The notes below the pieces were generated by a model. The model was given only the letters and a program-made list of their open reading frames with translations, was not told the origin of the DNA and searched no databases. A program made the translations under genes and the position numbers. A DNA stretch of 63,814 nt, the filler included, from Octopus bimaculoides (Eukaryota), in assembly GCF_001194135.2 (NCBI RefSeq). It is 7 parts of 7 records of this genome, joined end to end, with 100 filler letters (N's around TTAATTAATTAA, not from the genome) between each part and the next. Parts side by side here need not be neighbours in the genome. Positions count along the whole stretch, not along the records: positions 26,322 to 45,278 come from NC_069001.1; positions 45,379 to 46,664 come from NC_068999.1; positions 46,765 to 53,623 come from NC_068996.1; positions 53,724 to 57,243 come from NC_068986.1; 3 more parts are not named here. One strand, 5' to 3'. Shown here piece after piece: positions 40,613 to 53,914 of this stretch. Positions within the stretch are counted from its first letter, which is position 1. Each line of letters starts with the position of its first letter.

Positions 40613-41199
40613 ACACGCATTCATTTAAATTCATACACTCGCATTTATATGTCTGAGATTTCTTGTATAAATACATATAACTTTAATTTCTATACCTACG
40701 GGCATAAACACATGTGAGCAAGCAGAAACGCGCGCGCGAACACACATATTTGTACACAGACGCACGTGCACGTCGGAAGAAGAAAACTTAGCTTTCGCAA
40801 ATACAAATAAACCTGGTTACTCATACGTGCATACACACACACACATGCCCACACATACATGCAAGCACGCGCGCATACACTCACACACACATGCACACAC
40901 ACACATACACACGCACACACAGTCATACACGCACACATACACACATACGCACATGCGCACATACACACTCACACACGCACTTGCCCGCTTAGAACCGAGT
41001 ATGCATATAACACCTGCACAAACACACACACACGCACACACACACACACACATACACACACAGACATATGTGTGTGGGTGTGTGTGTCACATGCGCCATC
41101 TGCAACAACTGCCGCGATTGAACCCTTCTGTTGGTTACTAGACCTGCTAGAAATAGCTGCTAAATACTTTTAGAATCATACCTGAAGTCTTACTGCTTA

Positions 41200-41395
41200 C
41201 TTTTTTTTACTTGTTTCTCTCAATGGACCGCGGTCATGCTGGGGCACCATTTTGAAGCTTTTAGTCGAACAAATCGACTCCAGTACTTGGACTGTAAAGT
41301 TTGACGTTTGTTCGATCGGCTTCCTTTGTTTTTGTTTCTTGTTGCTAAACCGCTCAGTTACGGGGACGTAAACAAACCTGCACCAACAACAGCAT
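41200..41395 (-). mobile_element. SINE family A, 3' part
   Basis: gaccgcggtcatgctggggcacc...gtcgaacaaatcgactccagtac...gttacggggacgtaaac. Confidence 0.75.
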
Positions 41396-41414
41396 TACTA
41401 TTGCCCCCCCCCCC

Positions 41415-41457
<43 letters not shown>

Positions 41458-41793
41458 CAACATTAACGCTCAACATACCGCCAACACGAACCATACCTCC
41501 GACGCTATCGCTACCACCACCACCAACAACAACAACAACAACCACCACCACCACCACCACCACAACAACAACAACAACAACAGCAACAACAGCAATAGCA
41601 GCAGCAGCAACACTACCATTACAACCAGCACAGTTAACATCAACGGCAACATCGCCCTTACCACTGCAACCACTACTGCCACCTATAACAACACAAAGTA
41701 TATTTTTGTGTTCAAAATGTCAGACATGCGATTCGGGATGTGTGTGCGTGTGTGTGTGTTCATGTATGCCTCTGTGTGCGCGTGTGTATGTGT

Positions 41794-41829
<36 letters not shown>

Positions 41830-42029
41830 CAGAGAGTTACCTAATACACATACCAATGAATACGGCCTCTCACATTCTGTGGGTTTATGATGATATTGCA
41901 GTGTGTGTATATATATATATATATCGCCATGGGGCCCACTTTCGTTCCCCATCCTCGCGGATATCTAGGAACTACATTAGGCAAGAATAATTCTCTCTGA
42001 TTCAGTCACACGACCAGTAAGTTTGAGGA

Positions 42030-42640
42030 GAGGGTTAATCAAAATCCTTTTCTACTCTAGGCACAAGGCCCGAAAGTTTTGGAGGAGGGGCCTGTCGATT
42101 AGAATCGAACCCAGTACGCAACTGGTAGTTAATTTATCGACCCCGAAAGGATGAAAGGCAAGGTCGACCGCAGTGGAATAAGGGTTAATCAATATCAACG
42201 AGTCTAACACTTGACTGATACTTTAATTATCAACTCTGGAGGGATGAAAGGAAACGTTGAACCTAGCGAGATTTGATCTCAGAACTTATAAGACTGAAAC
42301 AAAAATTGACTGAGTAACGATTTTACCAGCACGCTACCTTTAGACTACATGATAATAATTCTTTCTAATTTTGGTAGAAGGGGAGCAATTTTGAGAGAAA
42401 GAATGAAGTCGAGTCCGGTGTGCTAACGACTGTACCAGCTCACCGTTTGAATAATCGTCTTTTCAATTACAGGGCGCAAGGCCTGATATTTAGCGGGCTG
42501 TGGTCTAGTTGATTACACTGACCCCAGTACTTCACTGGTACTTATTGCATTAACCTGATATTTTGACATTTTGAAGAGGATGAAAGGCAAAGTCGAACTC
42601 AGCGAATGCCGCTGAGAATTTTGTCTGGCATGCTAACGAT
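42030..42640 (-). mobile_element. Cluster of partial SINE family B copies
   Basis: Three recurrences of the gatgaaagg core, with gtcgacc or gtcgaact in two. Confidence 0.8.
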
Positions 42641-42641
42641 T

Positions 42642-42860
42642 CTTATTTCTTTATTGCCCATAAAGGGGACAAACAAAGACAGACAAAGGGATTAAGTCGA
42701 TTACATCGACCCTAGTGCGTAACTAGTACTTAATTTATCGACCCCGAAAGGATGAAAAGCAAAGTTGACCTCGGTGGAATTTGAACTCAGAACGTAGCGG
42801 CAGACGAAATTCCGCTAAGCATTTCGCCCGGTGTGCTAACGTTTCTGCCAGCTCGCCGCC
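42642..42860 (-). mobile_element. SINE family B, full length
   Basis: Minus strand: ggcggcgagctggcagaaacgttagcac...ctgagttcaaattcc (B box)...tttgtcccct...gggcaataaagaaataaga. Confidence 0.9.
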
Positions 42861-43013
42861 TTTCTGTTTCCGTCTATCAATTCCATTCACAAGGTCTTGG
42901 TCGGCCTGAGGCTATAGCAGAAGAGACACTTGACTAAGGTGCCATGCAGTGGGACTGAACCCGGAACCATGTGTTTGGAAAACAAACTTCTTACGCACAG
43001 CCACACCTGCGCT
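42861..43013 (-). mobile_element. SINE family A, 5' half
   Basis: ggtgccatgcagtgggactgaacccggaaccatg...cagccacacctgcgc. Confidence 0.85.
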
Positions 43014-43409
43014 AATACTCTCTTTAAAAAAAAAATGCTTAAATCTTACCATTCCATTTCAATATTTGTTTATTTCTTCAAGTGTCACTTGTACATTATG
43101 ACACATTAACATTTTTTGACAAGGTAACACATTTTTAACAAAACGTTTTCTTCTCCTACTCTCTTTTCTACGTATACGTATATAAACACTTATTTAAAAT
43201 ATGATTTTTATGCTACCATTTTTACTGTCATTCTCTGGAAATCTTTATTCATTTCATCACGTGTCACTTGGTCATTATGTTAATCATTTAATATATTACC
43301 CGTTTATTATGGTACTGCAGTGACAACTAAATTAGTGACAGCCCCTTAAGTCATTGGACATTTAAAGAAACTTTTAGCTTTTATTTATTTATGTATTTAT
43401 TTTACTTAT

Positions 43410-43749
43410 TTCAGTCATTGGACAGCGGTCATGCTGGGGCAAATAGACAGCATTAATTTATTTTCCTTATTTTGTAAGTCTGGTACTTACTTATTCCATC
43501 GGTTTCTTTTGCCAGACTGCTCACATACGAAGACATAAACAAACCAACACCGACTGACACAGCGGTAGGGAGCGGAGGAGAGGACACAAATACAAAGACA
43601 CACATGTATACATATAGACATATACACACACACACATGTATATGATGGGCTTCTTTCAGTTTCCGTCTACCAAATCCACTCACAGGGCTTTTGTCGTCTC
43701 GGGACTTGTGAATAAACTCGGTCGACTGAAATTTTCTGGAAGCCTGTCG

Positions 43750-43750
<1 letters not shown>
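43410..43750 (-). mobile_element. SINE family A, rearranged copy
   Basis: cagtcattggacagcggtcatgctgggg...gggcttctttcagtttccgtctaccaaatccactcac. Confidence 0.75.
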
Positions 43751-43792
<42 letters not shown>

Positions 43793-44915
43793 NNNNNNNN
43801 NNNNNNNNNNNNNNNNNNNNNNNNNNNNNNNNNNNNNNNNNNNNNNNNNNNNNNNNNNNNNNNNNNNNNNNNNNNNNNNNNNNNNNNNNNNNNNNNNNNN
43901 NNNNNNNNNNNNNNNNNNNNNNNNNNNNNNNNNNNNNNNNNNNNNNNNNNNNNNNNNNNNNNNNNNNNNNNNNNNNNNNNNNNNNNNNNNNNNNNNNNNN
44001 NNNNNNNNNNNNNNNNNNNNNNNNNNNNNNNNNNNNNNNNNNNNNNNNNNNNNNNNNNNNNNNNNNNNNNNNNNNNNNNNNNNNNNNNNNNNNNNNNNNN
44101 NNNNNNNNNNNNNNNNNNNNNNNNNNNNNNNNNNNNNNNNNNNNNNNNNNNNNNNNNNNNNNNNNNNNNNNNNNNNNNNNNNNNNNNNNNNNNNNNNNNN
44201 NNNNNNNNNNNNNNNNNNNNNNNNNNNNNNNNNNNNNNNNNNNNNNNNNNNNNNNNNNNNNNNNNNNNNNNNNNNNNNNNNNNNNNNNNNNNNNNNNNNN
44301 NNNNNNNNNNNNNNNNNNNNNNNNNNNNNNNNNNNNNNNNNNNNNNNNNNNNNNNNNNNNNNNNNNNNNNNNNNNNNNNNNNNNNNNNNNNNNNNNNNNN
44401 NNNNNNNNNNNNNNNNNNNNNNNNNNNNNNNNNNNNNNNNNNNNNNNNNNNNNNNNNNNNNNNNNNNNNNNNNNNNNNNNNNNNNNNNNNNNNNNNNNNN
44501 NNNNNNNNNNNNNNNNNNNNNNNNNNNNNNNNNNNNNNNNNNNNNNNNNNNNNNNNNNNNNNNNNNNNNNNNNNNNNNNNNNNNNNNNNNNNNNNNNNNN
44601 NNNNNNNNNNNNNNNNNNNNNNNNNNNNNNNNNNNNNNNNNNNNNNNNNNNNCTCTATCAGCCTGTCCGTCAGTCCGTTTGTCTGCCTGTGTGTCTGTCT
44701 AACTCTCTGTCTCACTACATCTCCGTCTGCCTGATTCTGAGCTAGCATTTTCCACAAGCTAACAGCCATGCCTGCTTGCCTGTCTGTCTGCCTGTTTGTC
44801 TGCCTGCCTGCCTGCCTGCCTGTCTGCCTGTCTGTCGGTCGATCTCGAAGTCTGCCTGTCTGTATTCCGTAAGCATATATATACATAGAGTTTGTCTCGC
44901 AGGCATGTCAACCTC

Positions 44916-44946
<31 letters not shown>

Positions 44947-45789
44947 TTGTGTGTTTGTGCGTGTGGTTCTGTTTCTGCATGTGTGTCTCTATGTCTCTCT
45001 TCTTGCTTATGTGTTTACATTATCAACGCTATTCGGTTTCTGTGTGTATCTGCGTGTCTGTGTGTCCGTGTGTTACCACCTCTATGCATGTATGTGCGTC
45101 TGTGTACTTATGTATCTGAATATGTGTGTGAGTATGGGATATAATTTTTCTGAATCTTCAGATTTTTTTCAATATGCTAGGCCACTGGTTTTAAATTGAT
45201 ATTAATCAAATGAATATTAAATTTGTTACCCTTATTATTATTTAAATTATATATATATATATTTTTATATATATATATNNNNNNNNNNNNNNNNNNNNNN
45301 NNNNNNNNNNNNNNNNNNNNNNTTAATTAATTAANNNNNNNNNNNNNNNNNNNNNNNNNNNNNNNNNNNNNNNNNNNNATATATACATATGTGTGTACTT
45401 ATATATAAACGTGTGTGTGCGGGTGCGTGTGCCGGTGCGGGTGCGGGTGCGCGCGCATGTGTGTATAATGTACTGATTGGTGATGGTAAGATCAACAAAA
45501 GAAATTATTCCAGCTTCTGAGAGATAAATATTTTTTAATAGTCACAATACATATTTGTATGTGCTACTAATATTTTCATATGTTGAAAAGTACCTCAAGA
45601 AGAATCCTCAGGCACAAACCACACGTCATAAGAACCTAAAAATTGAATAAGAGAAGAAACGCAAAATGTTGAGAAGGAAGCACATAGAAAACATGTAAGT
45701 TTCAAAAATGTAAAGCTACTATCGGCTAGGGTATTGTTATAGTAGGAAATAACAGTCTTACGGTATTACTGTTAGCGGAATAACAGTTT

Positions 45790-46505
45790 TACTGTAATAG
45801 ATTGGTTTAAGAACATTAAGAATGAAAACGAGGCTAAATTCACCCAATTTGACGTTCAAGACTTTCATCCCTTCATATCTAGATCGCTGCTTCACAAATC
45901 CTTTGTTGATGTTAACCCTATAGGCCTAGATTTTATGAGGTATGCGAGGAAAACACTATTGTTTGAAAGATTAGCATGGGTAATAAAAGTCGCATAATGA
46001 TGAACTATTTGATTTATCTATGGGGCCGTACATTAGTGTTGACGTCTGTGAACTTGTGTGTTTATTTATATTAAACAAATTGAGATCCAAGTACCCATCT
46101 CATGACGTTGGTCTATATCTCGTCGACGGTTTTAGTATTTCCCATGGATGTGATGGTCACATCCTTGGTAAATTTAGGAAACTACTTATTGTTTACCTTC
46201 AATCAATTAGGTCTTAAATTTACAGTAGCTACTTATCTGAAAATAGTTAATCCTTTAGATGATGCCCCAGAACTGTAACCCTCGTAAGCCTAATGAGAAC
46301 CCATCGTAAGCCTAATGAGAACCCTTCGTATGCCTAATGAGAACTCGCCTATATACATAAACAGTCTTGTCACCCTCCTATAATTTTTTTAAAATGTGAT
46401 AGCTATTATTAATAACAGATTGTCTAACCAGTCTTCTTCTAAAGAAATTTAAGAGGAAGCAGCCGCCTGCAGTAACCAGACCCTAGCTAGTAGTGGCTTC
46501 AGAGG
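45790..46505 (+). pseudogene. Decayed Penelope-like element reverse transcriptase
   Basis: VIDWFKNIKNENEAKFTQFDVQDFHPFIS (motif A), ARKTLLF, MG...VCELVCLFILNKL (motif B'), VGLYLVDGF (decayed YRDDG), then RKPNE / HPP-type C-terminal remnants; stops and frameshifts. Confidence 0.85.
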
Positions 46506-46558
46506 TAAATTGATACATAATCCCTCCAATTCTTCTTCTTCTTCTTCTTCTTCTTCTT

Positions 46559-46664
<106 letters not shown>

Positions 46665-46764
46665 NNNNNNNNNNNNNNNNNNNNNNNNNNNNNNNNNNNN
46701 NNNNNNNNTTAATTAATTAANNNNNNNNNNNNNNNNNNNNNNNNNNNNNNNNNNNNNNNNNNNN

Positions 46765-46859
46765 CAGTTCGGTCATGGAGACGAGCTGCGGGAAAGCGCG
46801 CCGCACAAACGGTGACCACACCTGTTCACCGCTGTCTACGTAGAGCCGGAGATGTCGCA
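46765..46859 (-). mobile_element. L1/Tx1-like LINE fragment abutting (TATC)n
   Basis: [32 protein letters not shown] overlaps the end of the 59.6-60.3 kb piece (LRHL*LCLDGERVWS) and the start of the 49.9 kb piece (SPFVLRAFLQLISLAEL). Confidence 0.8.
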
Positions 46860-46866
46860 GATAGAC

Positions 46867-46971
<105 letters not shown>

Positions 46972-48551
46972 TAATCCTGTGGCACATCTCACTTTATTAA
47001 TAAAATATTACAAATGTTGAATAGAAATTATGCTGGTCATTGTTATCGTATTCTACAATTTATAATGAGTATGAATTAGCGTATCAATTAGATTATCAAT
47101 TGATTAGTTAATGAATAAATCAGTTGATTAGGTAATTTTTAATACCAGTCATAAAATAAAGGAAAAGGCCCGTTACAGTAAGTTGACATTGATAAATAAG
47201 AATAGATAGATGCAGCTCGAACACAACTAATTATAAGTATGCTCGATCAAGTTTAACTTGGATGAATAAAACCAGACACTTAAACTGGACGACGGAACAA
47301 TGCAACTTCTTCATGGTGGCGTAGCATGAGAGAAATAGGAGCGATATCAACACATTACTTTTGGTGTCACATCTCATTACTTTTACAAAGGGAAGACATA
47401 TTTGATAATTTAATGCTCGATGCACTGAATCTAAAAAAGTATGAGATTTTCACCACTGATGTGCACCTGTAGAAGGCATTAGTTTATAATAATTATGAAA
47501 GACGAGTTCGAATGGTAGGAATAGTTTCCTGAAAAGAATATGAAACTTTTTTTGATGCAGTTATGCTATAAAACGAATTTACATTTATTAATCAAAACAA
47601 CATGAGTAAACCACAGAATCAAAAATTCACTATGATGACTGAAACTAATTTGATTTTATGACACCAAGACGAATAATAAAATAATCTTTCTCTCTCTCTC
47701 TCTTGCTTACTTTTTCTCTCGTTCGTTCTCATTCACTCTCGATGGTATCTTCCATAAATAACATCTGGGATATTACAATTAGGGTTACCAAATTTACCAA
47801 ATCAGCTGTCTGTCATTATTATATGTTACACAAAAATATATAATTCACATGATAACTATACGCCGCAGCTGCATCAGTGATAAAAACCGATTTAAAAGAA
47901 ATCTCCTTTCAGTTGTTAACGACAAAAAGAAAATATAAAAAGCTACAAGAACTCTAAACCCAAAACCTGTGATGGCTGCCAAGAAAGAAACAAAAATAAC
48001 TGAATAATTCATAAAAATAATCAAAATTAGATTTACTTGTAGTTTTTTAATCAATAAGTTGAAAATAGTCATATATGACTATATATATATTTTAATATAT
48101 TTTAGTGTATAAAATGCGCGAGGATGGAAACTTGAAGAAATCATAAGTTTCGTTTGGCAAAAATATTTTTTATGTATTTTAAATAAACAGAAAAGTGAAA
48201 ATACAAAACATTATTAAAAAAAAAAAAAACCTTTCAAAATATCATTCCTTCACATAATCCTTTCAAATTAAGTTTAAGGTGGAGTCTAATTATTTCGAGT
48301 TGCACAATTCATAACTTATACACTCACAGCCTCTGCGTCCAAGTTTAAACTATACCATGAAATTCATTGGTCTGGATGGGTCACTTTACTGTAGAAATGG
48401 AATCTAACGTTTCGGAACTGATTCGACATTCAAAAAGTATTTTTCAGCTGAGTTTTAAAAATAAATGAAAGGTAAGTGTAAAGAGTGATGGGGGTTAAAC
48501 ATATAAACTGGATGGAAATAGTGTGTAGAAGCAAAACAATTTAAAACTCAC

Positions 48552-48570
48552 CTTGTGTATTGTCTTCTAA
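48552..48570 (-). CDS. Candidate 19-nt micro-exon
   Basis: Long pyrimidine tract ending ctctag and AAG|gtgagt donor; no supporting homology. Confidence 0.15.
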
Positions 48571-48930
48571 CTAGAGGTCAGTGAGCACAAATACAAAGAG
48601 AAAAGGTCCATAATCTCATTGCGTGTATGATTGTGTGATTGTGATGTGATATATGCACATACATGTGTACATGTATATATAAAAACACTGACTTTTAGAT
48701 ACATTTATAGAAGAATATAACGACAGTTTTATACACACGCGCATATATATCCATACATTCAATGAATACAAGTGCATGTATAAGTAAAGATATGCATATG
48801 AATACACGGTCACAGAGTGATGTAATCACTTATATAAACACACATAAGAAATTATATAGAAATATATATATATATATATATATANNNNNNNNNNNNNNNN
48901 NNNNNNNNNNNNNNNNNNNNNNNNNNNNNN

Positions 48931-49012
<82 letters not shown>

Positions 49013-49344
49013 TATGTGTGTTTATGTATACACAGATACAAATAGGGCTTATTATATAGAAGTACGTGAAGAAATTGGGAAAAAGAGTAGTTCTTAACGT
49101 TTTGGAGAATAAAACTACGAAAACCAAGTAAGTGCTATGGTTTCCTATAGGAGGGAAAAATGAATCGGGTACGTGAATCGAGAAAAAAGAGAATTAACAG
49201 ATGAAGCCAAAGGTAGCGTATATTTCTTCTTTATCATGAATTCGGATTAAGCTAGATCCCCTTTTGCATGTGTAAATGAGTTTAAATGCTTGAAGAATCA
49301 TATAGCTGCAGTTATTGTAAATGCTTAGGTATATATATCATTAT

Positions 49345-49501
49345 GTAGCTGTATGGTAAAATGATTGCTTTCCTACCACGGGTTCAGTCCTATGTGTGGC
49401 ACCTTGGGCACGTCTCTTCTACTATAAACTCGGACCGACTGAAAGCTTTGTGAGTGGATTTTGTAGACAGAAAACTGGAAGAGGCCTGTCATATATATGT
49501 A

Positions 49502-49547
<46 letters not shown>

Positions 49548-49720
49548 TTCCTCACCATCGCTTGACAACCGGTATTGCTTTATTTACATCTCTGTAGCAA
49601 AATAGGCCGATAAAGTAAGTAACATGCTGAAAAACAAAAATATAAGTACTGGAGTCAATTTATTCGACTAAAAATTCAAGGTGGTGTTCCAGCAAAGACC
49701 ACGGTATAATAAGCTAAACA
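49345..49720 (+). mobile_element. SINE family A, diverged full-length copy
   Basis: gggttcagtcctatgtgtggcaccttgggcacgtctcttctactata...caccatcgcttgacaaccgg...tcgactaaaaattcaaggtggtgttccagc. Confidence 0.85.
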
Positions 49721-49912
49721 AATAAAAGGTTTTCCTAAATAAACTTGCACTTCACTTTTGGAGATCCGAGGAAACCATGGAGTGATGTACAAGCACTCAG
49801 CTCCCCTCTTAGTGCACTGCATTTTACTAAAAAAACAGCTGTAAGCTAACGAGGTTCATTACCTAATTTTTTGTTCCTTTGTCATTTGTTTAATGTTATA
49901 CAACTATATCTG

Positions 49913-49943
<31 letters not shown>

Positions 49944-49944
<1 letters not shown>

Positions 49945-50770
49945 CGCCGTTTGTGCTGCGCGCTTTCCTGCAGCTCATCTCTTTGGCCGAACTGCAGTCG
50001 TGGATCAAACAGAGACCGAGGCTAGGCCTATGGCACCGAGAATGTCGCGTTGCTCTCAAGCAACTCTGCTGTCCGGGACCAAACTTGCGCGACTTCATTA
50101 CAACAAAGGCGTTCTATAGAGGATTAGTGGAGGGGAGGTACGATGACGTTCTCGGGCAGAATCTGGGCATCGACAAGAAACACCTGACCCGCCTGTTCAG
50201 GACAACTTTCGGGCCGGGACCTATGGACAATCACCAAAGATCCCTGGCCTGGCAATGCTATCGAGAAGCATTGCCCGTTCGGGATAAGCTCTACAGGCAC
50301 GGTTCGAGACACACCGGACCGACTTGCCCGAGATGTGGTCAGAGCGACGAAACCGTTCTGCACGCACTCGTGCAGTGTCCAACCATTTCGGACGTGTGGG
50401 CTTATGCCGAACGGCTGCTGTCACGTGTGGGACGAGTCCACCTATCGGTCGATCTATCGTGCAAATTGCTCCGCTACTTCCCCTTAACCGGGAAGGCAAG
50501 GCAGTCTTCATCGTACTAGTGGCCATGGTAAAAGATTATGTGCGGTGGACTGGAGCGAAAGTTTTAGAGACAAACATTTACCTCTCTGACCAATCGCTCG
50601 TCAACATTTTCAAGTACCACTTGAAAAAGAAAGTGAGAATGGAGAGACAGTTTTTGTCTCGTGAAAGTTCCAAAACAAGGTGGGTGAATGCAGCAAAGAT
50701 GGTACACGCGAATGACGAAACCACTTTGAGCATCATCCTGTAAATCGGAAATGAGAGAGAGAGAGAGTGA

Positions 50771-50840
<70 letters not shown>

Positions 50841-51116
50841 ACTTTGCTCTCATGTGTTTTTTTCCCTCTCTCCCTGAAGTTACTGTAGTCTTTTCCGTAG
50901 GCTTTTCTTTTCATGGATAAACCTATCTGTTCTTTTTTTTCTACGTTTATACTTTCTGTGATACACGATCCCTTTTGATCGCTTTTTTTTTTCTTAACAC
51001 GATACCTTTTGATCGGAAATTATTTTCTCCTCCTTTTTTGTCTATTTTTCAAACGAAATGCTCTAGATTGTATTTTGTCCCCTCTGTGTTCGGCCCTGTG
51101 TCCCTAATAAAGAAAC
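49944..51116 (+). mobile_element. L1/Tx1-like LINE, 5'-truncated: ORF2 C-terminus with zinc-binding motif plus 3' UTR
   Basis: WQCYREALPVRDKL...CPRCGQSDETVLHALVQCP (zf-RVT-like CCHC), frameshifted continuation to TAA at 50743, (GA)n, pyrimidine-rich UTR ending ctaataaagaaa. Confidence 0.9.
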
Positions 51117-51446
51117 TTATCTATTTGTCTGTCTGTCTGCCTGTCTGCCTGTCTGTCCATCTTTTCATGCATGTGAGAGTGTGTGTAAATTATACACACA
51201 CGCACGCATGCACATACATACATACATACATACGTACATACATACATACATGCATACATACATACACACACACACACACAGACACACATATATGAAGGGA
51301 TAGTACTATTAAAATATCATCACAAGTAGCAAGCGAATTATCAGCTGTACAGGCAAATTAATGAAATATATACATACAATATATGTACTCATATATGTGT
51401 GTGTGTGTGTGTGTGTGTATGTGTGTATATACACACATATATACAA

Positions 51447-51483
<37 letters not shown>

Positions 51484-51496
51484 CACATATATCTTT

Positions 51497-51537
<41 letters not shown>

Positions 51538-51559
51538 CACACATATATCTTTACACACA

Positions 51560-51627
<68 letters not shown>

Positions 51628-51718
51628 CTGTTGTGGCTGGGGAGTGTCATTCTCTGTTAGTGCCTTATAATTTAACACACTTACTGGTAAAATTTCCCCT
51701 CATGTACTTACTTAATAC

Positions 51719-52045
51719 TTTACATTTGACGGATATTTGTCCTCATCTTGTTTATTGTTAACACATATGGCGAAGTGGTTAAGTGCGCGAGCTACTAACT
51801 CATAGATTCCGAGTTCGATTCCAGGCAGTGATCTGAATAATAATAATAATAATAGTAGTAGTAGTAGTAGTAATAATAATAGTAGTAGTAGTAGTAATAA
51901 TAATAATAACATTGAAAAATACCTTAGGACTGAGAACCCAGGTTCAAAATTTCCCCAAGACACCTGATGAAGGCTGGAGGGTATATCAGCCGAAATGTTG
52001 TGTTAACACCAAATAAGATGAGGACAAATATCCGTCAAATGTAAA
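51719..52045 (+). mobile_element. Non-autonomous element: inverted repeat + tRNA-like head + (TAA/TAG)n + hammerhead
   Basis: 47-bp inverted repeat 51719-51765 / 51999-52045 (3 mismatches); A box TGGCGAAGTGG, B box GAGTTCGATTCC; hammerhead at 51959-52004. Confidence 0.8.
51959..52004 (+). ncRNA. Minimal type I hammerhead ribozyme, PLE-type
   Basis: GACAC-CUGAUGA-A-GGCUG(loop)CAGCC-GAAA-U-GUU|GUGUU; stems I and II pair; loopless stem III with C15.2 changed to U (CpG decay); predicted cut after 51999. Confidence 0.75.
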
Positions 52046-52059
52046 TAATGTAAATGATA

Positions 52060-52180
52060 TATTTACTTATTTATTTTTGTAAAATTTTCCTTGCGTCTTG
52101 CAACCTTTTCAATGAGAGTCAAAACTATTGAAAAGGTTGCATGACGCAACGAAAATCTTATAAAAATAAATAAGTAAATA
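52060..52180. repeat. Near-perfect hairpin, 54-bp arms and 13-nt loop
   Basis: 52060-52113 versus 52127-52180, four differences (one G.U compatible). Confidence 0.9.
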
Positions 52181-52319
52181 AAATAAGTGGAGAATTTGCC
52201 TGTGCGTGTGTTAAATTATAAGGCACTATATAAGAGAGTGACTCTTACCAGACACAACAGAATATGCTTCAACACATAAACTCACATAAAGGATCTTGCA
52301 AGCGAAATCCCAAAAGGAA

Positions 52320-52377
<58 letters not shown>

Positions 52378-52409
52378 CTCGTGTGCTTGCCTAGGCCATC
52401 GGGCGCGTC

Positions 52410-53350
52410 CCCGGATGGCGGATAGAGGAATGACCTCCAGGTATGGAGGATTACTGCGAATACCGGATGCACAATGAATGTGACCCTGTTATCCTCACCA
52501 CTGAATGTTCCGTGAAGAAGGGTGTCAAGTAAGGAGACACTAGCTCTCCTTCGCTCTTCAAGGCGTGTGTCGAGATGGTTATACGAGGCATAAACTGAAA
52601 CGGAGACAAGGATAAACGGTGAGCTGTTCACCCATCTAAGATTCACCAACGGCATAGCGAACACAACACAGATCTGCTACAGACCATGTTGGACGAACTG
52701 GATTTCAGGGTTTCGGCTGTTGGCCTGAAGATCAACCGTACGAAAACCAAGTACATACGCTGTGAGGCCGTAGCGATTGATCGCCTAACAATTGGAGGCG
52801 ATGAAATAGAAGAGGTGAGCAGCTATGTCCATTTCGATCAAGAAGTATCTATGAGACGAGATTGAGAATAAGATATTGCGAAGGGTAAGAGAAGGAAGGA
52901 GAGTATTGAACTCGGAGGATGCGCTGAAGGCGAAACAAGACAAGGCAACTCGTGCCGATCTCTTCAACAGCACAGTCTTGTAGGTAATGCTATACGTATG
53001 TGAGACTTGGGCTTTGATGAAGAGACAACAACACCTGGTAACGGTGCAGAGAGCCATTCGAATGTTGGGAATCTCGCTAAGAGATCACATCCAGAACAGG
53101 GAGATCAGGGATCGAACTGAAATGAAGGACGTCGTCGCAGAATACTACCATAACGGAATACCACCGGTCATGTCGCCAGATACCCGCGCGAGCGGAAGAG
53201 ATCACTCGGAAGACCTCTAATCAAGTGGAAAGATGATTTTAAAAAAATGTTTGGAGCAATGTGGAGGAGAAAGGTGAGAGCACGAGGGGAATGGAATAAA
53301 AAGCTGTGGGCAGCGGAGCCGAATCGGCATCAGGCAGCCTGGACAACCGC
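52410..53350 (+). pseudogene. Decayed RTE-clade LINE reverse transcriptase, 3' part
   Basis: KKGVK*GDTSSPSLF, INGELFTHLRF (decayed LRFADD), GLKINRTKTKYI, LFNSTVL.VMLYVCETW, RDHIQNREIRDRT, GRP..KWKDD. Confidence 0.85.
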
Positions 53351-53439
53351 GGCAATCTCGATGACATGTGTGTGTGTATATATATGTATATGTATATATA
53401 TATACTTTTATATACGTCTCTGTCTCTCTCTGTCTCTCT

Positions 53440-53487
<48 letters not shown>

Positions 53488-53589
53488 ATATATATATATA
53501 TATATATGTATGCATGTATGTGTGTATGCATGTATGTATGTATGTATGTATGTATATATATATATATATGTATATATATATACATATAC

Positions 53590-53622
<33 letters not shown>

Positions 53623-53723
53623 TNNNNNNNNNNNNNNNNNNNNNNNNNNNNNNNNNNNNNNNNNNNNTTAATTAATTAANNNNNNNNNNNNNNNNNNNNN
53701 NNNNNNNNNNNNNNNNNNNNNNN

Positions 53724-53808
53724 TTCCTTCCTTCCCCCTCCCAAAAAGAAAAGCTCTACATTGTATTTGTCCCATCTTCGTTGAGCCCTGTGTGGCTAAT
53801 AAAAGAAA
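53724..53808 (+). mobile_element. 3' terminus of the L1/Tx1-like family, followed by (TATC)n
   Basis: gctctacattgtatttgtccc...gccctgtgtggctaataaaagaaa matches 51060-51116. Confidence 0.7.
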
Positions 53809-53810
53809 TG

Positions 53811-53850
<40 letters not shown>

Positions 53851-53854
53851 AATA

Positions 53855-53914
<60 letters not shown>

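Noticed and set aside
51767-51835. Functional tRNA gene; also SINE heads at 25497, 25918 and 42860
   Set aside because: A and B boxes are present, but there is no complete acceptor stem and each head is embedded in a repeated element.
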